Shown one piece after another: positions 9,748 through 19,225 of a DNA stretch of 64,000 nt. The DNA is from Sediminibacterium sp. (GTDB taxonomy: Bacteria; Bacteroidota; Bacteroidia; Chitinophagales; Chitinophagaceae). A program made the position numbers and the translations under genes. The stretch is taken from assembly GCA_049418605.1 (NCBI GenBank), contig JBMSJE010000003.1, positions 2,590-66,589 of the forward strand, read 5' to 3'. The notes under the pieces were generated by a model that was not told the origin of the DNA, made no database searches, and was given only the letters and a program-made list of their open reading frames with translations. Every line of letters begins with the position of its first letter. The stretch's first letter is position 1.

Positions 9748-11109
9748 TTAGTAATTTAATTTTAATTCAACTCTTCTGTTTGCGCTACGGCCTTTAACAG
9801 TATTGTTGTCTGCAATTGGTTGCTTTGAACCAAATCCAACTACCATAATTTTAGCAGCATCAACTTTACCTTTTGTAGTTAGGTAAGTTTGAACAGATTT
9901 AGCACGGTTTTCAGATAAAGGATCATTGATTTCATCTGTACCAGTGTTATCGCAATGACCTTGAATTGATAATTTTAAATTAGCATCTTCATTTAAAGCC
10001 TTAGCAATTTTACCTAATGCTTTAAAAGATACTGGCATTAATTTAGCACTACCTGTTGCAAATAATATTTTTTTAGCACCATCAGTAACAGTTTTAGCTA
10101 CTTCTTGCTTGATTGCAGGACAACCATTATTTTCTTTAACACCTGCAAGTGTTGGGCACTTATCTTCTTCATCATTTACACCATCGCTATCAGAATCTGG
10201 CACTGGGCAACCTTGGTAACGTGCAACACCAGAAACAGTAGGACATTTGTCTTCTTCATCATTAACACCATCTTTATCAGTGTCAGGAATTGGACAACCT
10301 TGATATTTGGCTAAACCTTTTACAGTTGGGCATTTATCGTTTTCATCATTTACACCATCACCATCTGTATCAGGTACAGGGCAACCATCATATTTTGCAA
10401 CACCAGCTACAGTAGGACATTTGTCTTTGCTGTCAACCAATCCATCATTGTCGCTATCTTTTTCAGGAGCAGGTGGTGGTGGAGGTGGTGTAACTTTTAC
10501 TGGTTCGGGTCTATCCTTAATTGGAGAAACGATACCAATATTGTATGTCAAATGATTAGATGCTAAGCTTGACATAGCTGTTCTGTGTACGAAACTTGTA
10601 GTTAAGAAATTGTCATTTCCTAACTTAACTTGCAAGCCAACTCCTATTGGAGCATAAGTAGCAAAATAAGTACCGCCGTACATCGATGCGCCAGCACCAA
10701 TTGTAAAATAAGGAACGATAGAATATTTATCTTTTAACATTTTAACATTAAGCGCAACATCTGTTTCAAGTAAAAGTCTTTTAGCAGAAGGAACTGGTAT
10801 ACCAGATTTTGCTCTGAATGGATATCTTACAGCAGCAGCTCCAGCGCTAACTTGTAAATCAACATATTCATTTAGACCTTCGATATACTGGAAAGACATA
10901 CCTGGATCTAAATTCTTAATTTTAGTCCATTGGTTGTTGGTAAGTACAGAAGACGCTGAACCAGCACCAATTAAACCTGGAGTTGTTACATCTTGCAATT
11001 GGAAATGAAATCCAAGTGAGGGTCTTTTTTTATAACTGATTGGGGTAGTTTGAGCAGTTGCTGAAACAGCCATTCCAATCACGATTAAAGAAAAGAGTAA
11101 TTTCTTCAT
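9748..11109 (-). CDS. OmpA family outer-membrane protein with thrombospondin type-3 (TSP3) Ca-binding repeats
   Basis: Signal peptide MKKLLFSLIVIGMAVSATAQ, taking the ATG at 11109 rather than the upstream ORF-track start. Then N-terminal beta-barrel-like region, poly-Pro linker, four DxDxDGxxDxxDKCP repeats, and a C-terminal OmpA domain (NRRVEL). Confidence 0.9.
   Translation of the reverse strand: MKKLLFSLIVIGMAVSATAQTTPISYKKRPSLGFHFQLQDVTTPGLIGAGSASSVLTNNQWTKIKNLDPGMSFQYIEGLNEYVDLQVSAGAAAVRYPFRAKSGIPVPSAKRLLLETDVALNVKMLKDKYSIVPYFTIGAGASMYGGTYFATYAPIGVGLQVKLGNDNFLTTSFVHRTAMSSLASNHLTYNIGIVSPIKDRPEPVKVTPPPPPPAPEKDSDNDGLVDSKDKCPTVAGVAKYDGCPVPDTDGDGVNDENDKCPTVKGLAKYQGCPIPDTDKDGVNDEEDKCPTVSGVARYQGCPVPDSDSDGVNDEEDKCPTLAGVKENNGCPAIKQEVAKTVTDGAKKILFATGSAKLMPVSFKALGKIAKALNEDANLKLSIQGHCDNTGTDEINDPLSENRAKSVQTYLTTKGKVDAAKIMVVGFGSKQPIADNNTVKGRSANRRVELKLNY
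10114..10458 (-). repeat. four tandem ~87-bp coding repeats (TSP3-like)
   Basis: Peptide repeats DSDNDGLVDSKDKCPTVAGVAKYDGCPVP / DTDGDGVNDENDKCPTVKGLAKYQGCPIP / DTDKDGVNDEEDKCPTVSGVARYQGCPVP / DSDSDGVNDEEDKCPTLAGV. Confidence 0.85.
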
Positions 11110-11132
11110 AAACAGTTTTTTATTAATTATTG

Positions 11133-11140
11133 CAAAAATA
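11133..11140 (-). promoter_or_regulatory. candidate Bacteroidetes -7 promoter box for the ompA-family gene
   Basis: TATTTTTG (matches TAnnTTTG) lies 23 nt upstream of the ATG at 11109. No clean -33 TTG was found. Confidence 0.35.
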
Positions 11141-11212
11141 CAAGCTGAAACTGATTTTGAGAAAAAATTAATCAAAAACTAGGGAATTAATTTATCCCAA
11201 TCGGTGTAAAAA

Positions 11213-11662
11213 CTACTTATTGGCCAGTTTTTCTACTTTTTGTACCAAAACCTTCCCTATTCCATGCTTAAATATGCCAATTTCTTTGGCTGCCAACCTA
11301 GTTAAATCAACGATTCTACCCTTTTTAGACATCGATTTGGCCATGCGGTCATTAATCTTAACAATAACAAATTGATTGTTTTTGGGATTCATAACTTTAA
11401 CATAGATACCCAATGGAAAATGATTACTAGCTGCTGTGTAATTGGAGTGGCTAAATATGTTACCGTTTGCCGTTTTTCTACCTTCAAATTTTAGGCTATA
11501 ATAACTCGCAGTTCCTTTTTTTATAGGGCCGATTGTCTTGTAAGTAAAATCCTGAAAAACGAGGATTGTAGATGTATCGTTTACAAGCTGATCTTGTGCC
11601 TTAACCTCAATACAGGGTACAGTAATTAGTAGCAAGAAAAGATATTTTAAGATACTCGACAT
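11213..11662 (-). CDS. RlpA-family (double-psi beta-barrel) lytic transglycosylase-like lipoprotein
   Basis: Signal peptide from the ATG at 11662 (MSSILKYLFLLLITVPCIEVKAQ). DPBB core ASYYSLKFEGRKTANGNIF...AASNHFPLGIYVKVMN...VIVKINDR. Confidence 0.85.
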   Translation of the reverse strand: MSSILKYLFLLLITVPCIEVKAQDQLVNDTSTILVFQDFTYKTIGPIKKGTASYYSLKFEGRKTANGNIFSHSNYTAASNHFPLGIYVKVMNPKNNQFVIVKINDRMAKSMSKKGRIVDLTRLAAKEIGIFKHGIGKVLVQKVEKLANK

Positions 11663-11775
11663 GTACTTGAAGTTACAAATAATATGGCTGAATTGTAAAT
11701 AATTGCAAAAATATAAAACCATAATATTCAATTAAAAATTGAAATAGGTTTTGTAATATTTTGAAAATCAGTATT

Positions 11776-12081
11776 TTAGAAATTTTCAGTTTTTACAACT
11801 GCTGATAAGTTTATAGGCCCGTGAATATGCGGGAAAACCTCATTGATGGAGGTAGCTAATTCAAAAATAAGGGGACTTGTTACCTTAGATTTTTCGATAG
11901 TAAGTTTTACTAAATTAGTTTGACCCTTGTAATAGCGGTCCAGAACACCTGCAACCTGATCTTGGGTACTGCAATGAATAAATCCTTCTGTTTCCAAACT
12001 GTCAGCGGTGTAAGCACCCTCAACTTGAGCTTTCTCCCAAGCAGCTGCCGATGTAATATGATAAATGTAACTAGAATCCAT
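11776..12081 (-). CDS. DUF952-like small protein
   Basis: 101 aa. IYHIT...W...Y...SL..EGFIHCS pattern as I recall for DUF952. Starts 9 nt after the aroC stop. Confidence 0.7.
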   Translation of the reverse strand: MDSSYIYHITSAAAWEKAQVEGAYTADSLETEGFIHCSTQDQVAGVLDRYYKGQTNLVKLTIEKSKVTSPLIFELATSINEVFPHIHGPINLSAVVKTENF

Positions 12082-12090
12082 AATGAGGTT

Positions 12091-13098
12091 TTAATCCTTG
12101 ATAATCAAAGGAATTAGTTGGGCTCGAAGCATAAAATCCGCTAAAACCATGGCAGTAACAGCTTCTAAAACAACGGGTACACGAAGTGCTATACACAAAT
12201 CATGCCTTCCTTTAACGGAAAAAGGTTCTACAATATTGCGCTCCCAGTTCCAGCTTTGCTGTTCTTTGGGGGTTGAAGCAGTAGGTTTTATAGCAATTTT
12301 AAAATACAGATCATTACCATTGGTGATACCTCCTACTATTCCGCCCGCATGATTGGTACTCGTTTTACCGCTAGCATCTAAAATTGCATCGTTATGGTTT
12401 ACACCAAACATTTTTGCAGCAGCAAACCCAGTTCCAAACTCTATGCCTCTAACGGCAGGAATAGAAAAAACGGCATGGGATAACATAGACTCTACCGAAT
12501 CAAAGAAATGTTCACCCAGGCCTACCGGTAAATTAGAGGCGGTACAATCTACGATGCCGCCAATACTATCTTTAGCATCAATGGCTACCTGTAAACCTTT
12601 TTCAAGGTCCGTTTCACCACCTATTTCTAAAATTTTAGAATGTATTTGTATGCCTCCTGTTTTTGCCAATAGTTTTTTTGCAATAACACCAGCAGCAACC
12701 AAGCAAACGGTTAACCTGCCGCTAAAATGTCCGCCTCCTCTGTAATCTTCGAAGCCACCATATTTTGCATGGGCTGTAAAATCGGCGTGGCCAGGACGTG
12801 GTACTTCACGGTGCTTATCGTAATCTTCAGATCTAGTATTATTGTTTTCAAATAAAATTGTAATGGGGGCCCCTGTTGTAAATCCTTTAAAAATGCCTGA
12901 TTTAAAAATGGGCAAATCATCTTCCTTTCTGGGCGTTGTACCTTTTTGTACACCTCCTTTTCTTCTTTCGGTATCTTCTATAAAATCTGATTCTTGAATT
13001 GGCAATCCAGCAGGACATCCATCAATTGTAATGCCCACACAAGCACCATGCGATTCGCCAAAAATATGTACTCGAAATAAATGTCCAAAGGTATTCAT
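12091..13098 (-). CDS. aroC: chorismate synthase
   Basis: N-terminus MNTFGHLFRVHIFGESHGACVG and GRHD motif region are typical AroC. Confidence 0.95.
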   Translation of the reverse strand: MNTFGHLFRVHIFGESHGACVGITIDGCPAGLPIQESDFIEDTERRKGGVQKGTTPRKEDDLPIFKSGIFKGFTTGAPITILFENNNTRSEDYDKHREVPRPGHADFTAHAKYGGFEDYRGGGHFSGRLTVCLVAAGVIAKKLLAKTGGIQIHSKILEIGGETDLEKGLQVAIDAKDSIGGIVDCTASNLPVGLGEHFFDSVESMLSHAVFSIPAVRGIEFGTGFAAAKMFGVNHNDAILDASGKTSTNHAGGIVGGITNGNDLYFKIAIKPTASTPKEQQSWNWERNIVEPFSVKGRHDLCIALRVPVVLEAVTAMVLADFMLRAQLIPLIIKD

Positions 13099-13122
13099 GG
13101 GTATAAAATTTATGAAAGCCGT

Positions 13123-14400
13123 TTACTTGTAATCGACCTCAGCAGAAAGATACGAAAGGTCTTTGAAAAAATGTGGGTACGATTTATTAATCGCATCTGC
13201 ATCCTCTATTTCTACAAAACCATTTGCTTTTAACGCAGCTACTGCGCATGCCATGGCAATGCGGTGATCATGTCTCGAATGAACAACGCCTCCTGTTACC
13301 CCTTTACCACCTTCAATAATCATTAAATCATTTTGCAGGGTAATCGAAACACCAAGTTTTCCAAACTCCTCCTGTAATGTTAACGCTCTATCACTTTCTT
13401 TGTGGGCAAGTCTACTCACACCTTCAATTACTGTTTTTCCTACACAAAAAGAGGCAAGCGCAACAAGTGGGGGAAATAAATCGGGACAATCGGTGGCATT
13501 AAAATGAAAGGCTTTTAATGGTAGCGGTGCAATTTCAATTCGTACAGGCTGTATAGAAATTTGACAACCAGCATCGATAAGGGCTTGTAAAACCGCTTTA
13601 TCAGCCTGCGTAGAAAATGGATCTAAACCTTCTACAACAATGCCTCCGGCAATCGCACCAGCAACGAGTAAAAACGAAGCACCACTCCAATCTCCTTCTA
13701 CCTGATATGTAATTGAATCTAATGATTGTTTGTAATTGGTCGCTTTAAAAACAAACTGCTCATGATTGATACAATTTACATGCCAACCAAAATGTTTCAT
13801 TACAGAAAGTGTAAGATCGATGTAAGGTTTGCTTTTTAAATTAGTAACCGTAATAGTACAATCAGATGCACTAGCACCTCCATAGGCCATTAATAGTCCT
13901 GTTAAAAATTGAGAACTAAGAGAGCCATCTACGGTAATATTTTTAGGCTTAATAGGCCCCTGAATGTGTAATGGTAATTTACCCGCATCAGATGTGATGG
14001 AAACACCTATTTGTGGTAATATTTCATCAAAAAAATGCATGGGTCTAGATGTTAAACTACCCATACCAGTTATTGTAATAGGACAACTACTTAATGCAGC
14101 AATGGGCGTAAACATTCTAATGCCAAGTCCACTCTCCCCACAATTAATAGTGTTACTTTCTGGATCTACGCCTCCAGAAACAACATGCAAATTCCCATTA
14201 TCTAATCTAGTAACAACAGCGCCTAGTTTTTGTATTACGTCTATGGCAGCAACATCATCATTACTAACGCCCGGATTTTGAATAACGGTTTCACCTTTTC
14301 TTATTAATGCAGCTGCACACGCGCGCTGCATACTGCTTTTACTAGCAGGCGCTGTAATGGTTCCAGTAATTAAAGAAGGGGTTACACGCGCTTTCATCAT
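13123..14400 (-). CDS. aroA: 3-phosphoshikimate 1-carboxyvinyltransferase (EPSP synthase)
   Basis: 425 aa. PASKSSMQRA, ESGLGIRMF and HRIAMA motifs. Overlaps the aroB stop by 4 nt (ATGA). Confidence 0.95.
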   Translation of the reverse strand: MMKARVTPSLITGTITAPASKSSMQRACAAALIRKGETVIQNPGVSNDDVAAIDVIQKLGAVVTRLDNGNLHVVSGGVDPESNTINCGESGLGIRMFTPIAALSSCPITITGMGSLTSRPMHFFDEILPQIGVSITSDAGKLPLHIQGPIKPKNITVDGSLSSQFLTGLLMAYGGASASDCTITVTNLKSKPYIDLTLSVMKHFGWHVNCINHEQFVFKATNYKQSLDSITYQVEGDWSGASFLLVAGAIAGGIVVEGLDPFSTQADKAVLQALIDAGCQISIQPVRIEIAPLPLKAFHFNATDCPDLFPPLVALASFCVGKTVIEGVSRLAHKESDRALTLQEEFGKLGVSITLQNDLMIIEGGKGVTGGVVHSRHDHRIAMACAVAALKANGFVEIEDADAINKSYPHFFKDLSYLSAEVDYK

Positions 14401-15422
14401 GACTGTATCCCTTTTAATATTTTTTCAAGTGTTACAAATGGAATCGTATGAATCACACCTTTACCTAATTTTTCTAACAAGATGTAATGCACTGCATCTT
14501 TTGTTTTTTTCTTATCCTTTTGCAAAATAGAAACCGCTTTTGAAACATTAAATGAAGCGTATGTTGGTAAACCATACTTTTCTAAAAGTGCCACCAACGC
14601 ATTTCTGCTTTTGAATTTTAATAATTGTTCCGAAATAACAGCTGCATAGGTCATGCCAATACTAATGGCTTGACCATGGCTTAATTCGTAGGAGTTTTCG
14701 AGAGCATGACCAAGTGTGTGGCCAAAATTTAAAAGTTTGCGGTCTGCGTTTTCAAATTCGTCGGCTAGCACCACTTTGGTCTTGATCATTACATTTCGCT
14801 CTATTAAGTGTGCAGTTAAAGACAAATCTTTTTTATAGGAAGCGAGGGTATGCGATTCTAATTGTTTAATGAGTGCAGCATCTTTAATAGCACCATGCTT
14901 GATGATTTCTGCAAAACCATTTTGCCACTCAGTTAGTGGTAATGATTTTAAAAAACTGGTATCAAAAAGTAAGAAATTAGGTTGCCTAATAACACCTACC
15001 ATGTTTTTGTAAACGCCAACATCTATTCCATTTTTTCCGCCAATAGAAGCGTCTACCATGGCAAGTAAAGAAGTAGGCACAAAACCTACTGCAATACCAC
15101 GCATGTATATACTAGCCACATAACCTGTAATATCAGTAATAACACCGCCACCTACACCAATTAATGTAGTTTGACGATCGGCACCAAGTTCAATGAGCCT
15201 ATCAATAATTACATCCGCGGTTTGCTGTACTTTATACTGCTCACCAGGTTTTAAAACAATGGTATTCCAACCTTTAAACTTTTTTTTGTGGGCCTCAAAA
15301 ACATTTTCATCTGTAATGATTACAGCCGAGGTAACAGGTACTAACGTTTTTAATGCATCAAAAGAAGCATCAAAATAATATTGAACCGGCTTACCCGAAA
15401 AATGAAAAGTTCGTTTTTTCAT
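14397..15422 (-). CDS. aroB: 3-dehydroquinate synthase
   Basis: 341 aa. GGGVITDITGY nucleotide-binding motif and NFGHTLGHALE metal-site motif. Confidence 0.95.
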   Translation of the reverse strand: MKKRTFHFSGKPVQYYFDASFDALKTLVPVTSAVIITDENVFEAHKKKFKGWNTIVLKPGEQYKVQQTADVIIDRLIELGADRQTTLIGVGGGVITDITGYVASIYMRGIAVGFVPTSLLAMVDASIGGKNGIDVGVYKNMVGVIRQPNFLLFDTSFLKSLPLTEWQNGFAEIIKHGAIKDAALIKQLESHTLASYKKDLSLTAHLIERNVMIKTKVVLADEFENADRKLLNFGHTLGHALENSYELSHGQAISIGMTYAAVISEQLLKFKSRNALVALLEKYGLPTYASFNVSKAVSILQKDKKKTKDAVHYILLEKLGKGVIHTIPFVTLEKILKGIQS

Positions 15423-15450
15423 CGGAAATAAATTATGCAGGAGCTCCTGA

Positions 15451-16536
15451 TTAGGAATTCATGATTTTATTTTGATGGTTGATACTTTCCATATGCACCG
15501 CATCAAAATATTTGGTAATAAATTCTTGACTCAATCCAAGCTTCTCTCCTCTTTCATAGGCACGCTCCAATATTGCATTCCATCTATTGGTTTGCAAAAT
15601 GGTGATATTGTTGTCTTTTTTATATTGACCAATTTTATCGGCAACTTTCATTCGCTGACCAATGAGTTGTAGTAACTCATCATCTAGCTGGTTAATTTGC
15701 TGACGCATTTTTTCCATCACTGCGTGAAGCTCTTCCGAATCAATTTCTTCTGTTCTCCAAACGATAGAGCTAATCATTTCACCTAAACGTTCTGGCGTAA
15801 CTTGTTGTTTAGCATCACTCCATGCATTATCTGGATCGATATGACTTTCAATAATAAGTCCGTCAAAATCAAGGTCAATGGCTTTTTGCGCAACATCCAT
15901 TAAAATATCTCTTCTGCCACAAATATGGGAAGGGTCATTAATAAGTAGCATGCCCGGATTACGACGTTTCATTTCGATGGCTAAATGCCACATCGGTGCA
16001 TTTCTATACTCAGTATTACCATAAGAACTAAACCCTCTATGGATAAGTCCAATATTTTTAATACCCGCATTTGCAACGCGCTCCACTGCACCAATCCATA
16101 ATTCTAAATCGGGGTTGATGGGGTTTTTAATAAGTACCGGAACATCAGCGCCTTTAAGAGCGTCCGCAACATCTTGCACACTAAAAGGATTTACGGTGGT
16201 TCTTGCACCTATCCATAAAACATCTACACCAAAATGAAGCGCATCTTCTACCTGTTTTGCAGTAGCTACCTCTACCGCTACTGGCAATCCAGACTCTTTT
16301 TTAGCTTGTTGTAACCAAGGTAACCCTTTGGTACCAATACCTTCAAAACTACCAGGGCGTGTACGCGGCTTCCAAATACCAGCACGTAAAATATCTACTT
16401 TACCAGTAGTCGCTAACCTTGTTGCGGTTTGAACAACTTGCTCTTCTGTTTCTGCGCTGCAGGGTCCAGAAATAATTAAGGGTCTTTTTTGCAGAAGTGC
16501 TTCCACTCCTTTTTTTGTTTCGATTGCTTGCTCCAT
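15451..16536 (-). CDS. bifunctional 3-deoxy-7-phosphoheptulonate (DAHP) synthase / chorismate mutase
   Basis: KDO8P-like type I-beta DAHP synthase core (GPCSAE, DPSH) fused to a C-terminal AroQ-type chorismate mutase helix bundle (INQLDDELLQLIGQRMKVADKIGQYK). Confidence 0.9.
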   Translation of the reverse strand: MEQAIETKKGVEALLQKRPLIISGPCSAETEEQVVQTATRLATTGKVDILRAGIWKPRTRPGSFEGIGTKGLPWLQQAKKESGLPVAVEVATAKQVEDALHFGVDVLWIGARTTVNPFSVQDVADALKGADVPVLIKNPINPDLELWIGAVERVANAGIKNIGLIHRGFSSYGNTEYRNAPMWHLAIEMKRRNPGMLLINDPSHICGRRDILMDVAQKAIDLDFDGLIIESHIDPDNAWSDAKQQVTPERLGEMISSIVWRTEEIDSEELHAVMEKMRQQINQLDDELLQLIGQRMKVADKIGQYKKDNNITILQTNRWNAILERAYERGEKLGLSQEFITKYFDAVHMESINHQNKIMNS

Positions 16537-16559
16537 AAAAAAAATTATACAATATAAAA

Positions 16560-18287
16560 TTATTCTCCGCGTCTTGGCTTGCGCTCACCTCCACTATCCG
16601 CATCATTCATTCGAATGCGTCTGCCTTTATAGTTTTTACCATCAAGTGCATTCACCATTTGTTTAGCCGCACCTTTTTCTATTTCAATCCATGAGTTCAT
16701 GTCTTTCATATCAATTCTGCCAAGCGCCTCTTTTTTAAGATCACTCATATCAAGAATGTATTGTAAAAAACTTGCTTTGTAGAAACCATCTTTTGTACCA
16801 AGGTTTACAAATAGTCGGCTGTATCCATTACCGCCACCTCTTGCATATTCTTTTCGATTATCGCCTCTTCCACCATCGCGATCTCTTCCTCCATCACGGT
16901 CTCTACCATCTCTGCGTCTTGCCTGATCTGGTGCGTCACTTTGTTCGCGTCTACCTTTATCTCTATGGTTTAGGTCTTCTGCATTTTCGTAATATTTTAA
17001 GAAACGATCAAACTCCATGGCAGCTACACGCTTTAATACATCTTCTTTGCTAACATCAGCAAATTTTTCTGCAAGCATAGGTACATAGGTTTCATAATCG
17101 CCATGGCTAATATCTGCTGACAATAATTTTTCCATAAAAAAGAAAAATTGCTTACGACAAACATCTTTACCACTTGGAATATCTAGTTTAGAAAACTTAG
17201 AATTGTTGATGCGTTCAATTTGCTTAAACTTATACATCTCTTTTGAGTGTACAATTGAAATACAAATACCTTGCAAACCAGCACGACCTGTTCTACCACT
17301 GCGGTGCGTATATACTTCTACATCATCCGGTAATTCATAGTTGATGACGTGTGTAATACCTTGTACGTCAATCCCTCTTGCAGCAACGTCTGTAGCGATT
17401 AGGAGTTGTAAAGTTTTGTCTCTAAACTGTCCCATTACTTTATCGCGCTGGGCCTGTGTAAGATCTCCGTGTAATGCATCAATATCATAACCTTCACGTG
17501 TTAAACGCTCAGAAATTTCCTGCGCATCAATTTTAGTTCTGGTAAAAATGATACCATAAATACCCGGGTTAAAATCAATGATTCTTTTAAGGGTTTGGTA
17601 ACGGTGTTGCGCCGTTGTAACATAATATTGATGATCAATACTTTTGTTAGAGGTATTTACTTTACCAACGGTTACTTCAACAGGTTCTTTCATGTAACGC
17701 TTGCTCACCTTTCTAATTTCTGGTGGCATGGTTGCACTAAATAACCAAGTACTTTCGCGTTGTGGGGTATTCTTTAAAATGAATTCAATATCATCCTGAA
17801 AACCCATATTAAGCATTTCATCCGCTTCATCTAAAACAACATATTGTATTTGCTCTAGGTTAATTGCTTTACGCTCAATTAAGTCAATTAATCGACCAGG
17901 CGTTGCTACAATAATTTGTACGCCTCTTTTTAGGTCTCTTATTTGTAAGCCAATAGAAGTACCGCCATAAACGGCTACCACAGAAATACCTGTCATGTAT
18001 TTCTTAAATATTTCTATTTCCTTTACAATTTGCATGCAAAGTTCTCGTGTAGGACAAACAACAAGTGCTTGTGGGTATTTTGCTTTCTCGTCTATAATAT
18101 GTAATAGAGGTAGTCCAAAAGCGGCTGTTTTTCCTGTACCTGTTTGTGCCAAGCCAATAAAATCCTTGGTACCACTTAATAGTACCGGGATAGCTTGTTC
18201 TTGGATTGCTGTAGGGTTCACGTACCCTAATTCTGTGGTTGACTGAATCAATCTAGCATCAATTCCCAACTCTTCAAATGTCGTCAT
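16560..18287 (-). CDS. DEAD-box ATP-dependent RNA helicase with RGG/RD-rich linker and C-terminal DbpA-type RNA-binding domain
   Basis: Q motif, AQTGTGKT, DEAD (VLDEADEM), SAT, HRSGRTGRAG. C-terminal GRDRDGGRDRDGGRG tract followed by an RRM-like domain. Confidence 0.9.
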   Translation of the reverse strand: MTTFEELGIDARLIQSTTELGYVNPTAIQEQAIPVLLSGTKDFIGLAQTGTGKTAAFGLPLLHIIDEKAKYPQALVVCPTRELCMQIVKEIEIFKKYMTGISVVAVYGGTSIGLQIRDLKRGVQIIVATPGRLIDLIERKAINLEQIQYVVLDEADEMLNMGFQDDIEFILKNTPQRESTWLFSATMPPEIRKVSKRYMKEPVEVTVGKVNTSNKSIDHQYYVTTAQHRYQTLKRIIDFNPGIYGIIFTRTKIDAQEISERLTREGYDIDALHGDLTQAQRDKVMGQFRDKTLQLLIATDVAARGIDVQGITHVINYELPDDVEVYTHRSGRTGRAGLQGICISIVHSKEMYKFKQIERINNSKFSKLDIPSGKDVCRKQFFFFMEKLLSADISHGDYETYVPMLAEKFADVSKEDVLKRVAAMEFDRFLKYYENAEDLNHRDKGRREQSDAPDQARRRDGRDRDGGRDRDGGRGDNRKEYARGGGNGYSRLFVNLGTKDGFYKASFLQYILDMSDLKKEALGRIDMKDMNSWIEIEKGAAKQMVNALDGKNYKGRRIRMNDADSGGERKPRRGE

Positions 18288-18292
18288 GTAGT

Positions 18293-18333
18293 AAAAATTT
18301 GCGGCAAAGGTACTTATAAGGTAGGGCTTTGCC
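18293..18333 (-). terminator. possible weak terminator or structured element between tyrA and the helicase gene
   Basis: Imperfect hairpin GGCAAAG...CTTTGCC (18303-18333), followed on the minus strand by GCAAATTTTT. The stem is imperfect and the U-run short. Confidence 0.35.
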
Positions 18334-18374
18334 TGTTTTTTATTTATTTTAAGCCTGTTTTTGACAAAGCTGGA

Positions 18375-19214
18375 CTATTTTAAAATCCGCTTTATTCCAT
18401 TGGCTTTCTCAATTAATTCAAGCAAATAATCGGGATCTTCCTTTTCTAAGCTTGCCTTAAATTTTCTTAATTGAGAGATATGTTCATTAAGAACGTCTAA
18501 AACGTTCTCTTTATTCTGCATGAGAATAGGAACCCACATACTTGGATTACTCTTTGCAAGGCGAACCGTACTCTCAAAACCACCACTTGCCAGTTCAAAA
18601 ATGGCATCTTCTTCCCTTTCCTTCTCCAAAACGGTATTTGCAAGGGCAAAAGATGTTATATGTGAAATATGACTAATATATGCAACGTGTACATCATGGG
18701 CAGCCGCCTCCATATACAAAAGGTGCATACCCAGGGTCTGATACACCTGCTCCACCAGGGCAGCAGCATCTGGATCACTATCTTCTTTGGAACAAATAAC
18801 CGTGGCTTTGTCCGTAAAAGCATTTTTAACAACAGCCTCTGGCCCACTATACTCAGTACCCCACATTGGATGCGTCGCTACAAATCTGCCTCGATTAGCA
18901 TGCGCGCTTGCAATAATGCAGATATTATTTTTGGTAGAGCCTACATCCATCACCACTTGCTTTGTGGCAATATCTAAAATTTGAGGTAGTAAATTTTCGG
19001 CGGCATTAATGGGTGTCGCAATAATAATTAAATCGGAAAGCGCAACAGCTTCGTTTAAAGATCTAGCCTCGTCAATGATACCAAGCGCAAGCGCCTGCAA
19101 CAAATGCTGCTCACTCGCATCTACGCCAATCACTTTTGTTGCAAATCCCTTCTCTTTTAATGTAAGCGCCATGGAACCACCAATCAAACCCGTACCAATT
19201 ATCGTTACAATCAT
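18375..19214 (-). CDS. tyrA: prephenate dehydrogenase
   Basis: 279 aa. N-terminal Rossmann IIGTGLIGGS and HPMWG motif. Confidence 0.9.
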   Translation of the reverse strand: MIVTIIGTGLIGGSMALTLKEKGFATKVIGVDASEQHLLQALALGIIDEARSLNEAVALSDLIIIATPINAAENLLPQILDIATKQVVMDVGSTKNNICIIASAHANRGRFVATHPMWGTEYSGPEAVVKNAFTDKATVICSKEDSDPDAAALVEQVYQTLGMHLLYMEAAAHDVHVAYISHISHITSFALANTVLEKEREEDAIFELASGGFESTVRLAKSNPSMWVPILMQNKENVLDVLNEHISQLRKFKASLEKEDPDYLLELIEKANGIKRILK

Positions 19215-19225
19215 TGTTCTAAAAT

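Noticed and set aside
10105-10555. Plus-strand ORFs with a GGGGGG run, opposite the OmpA-family gene.
   Set aside because: They are the antisense image of the poly-Pro linker and TSP3 repeats. The minus-strand reading has clear domain structure.
12098-12953. 84-130 aa ORFs overlapping aroC (12098-12352, 12353-12745, 12711-12953).
   Set aside because: They are shadow ORFs within a highly conserved gene, with no independent signals.
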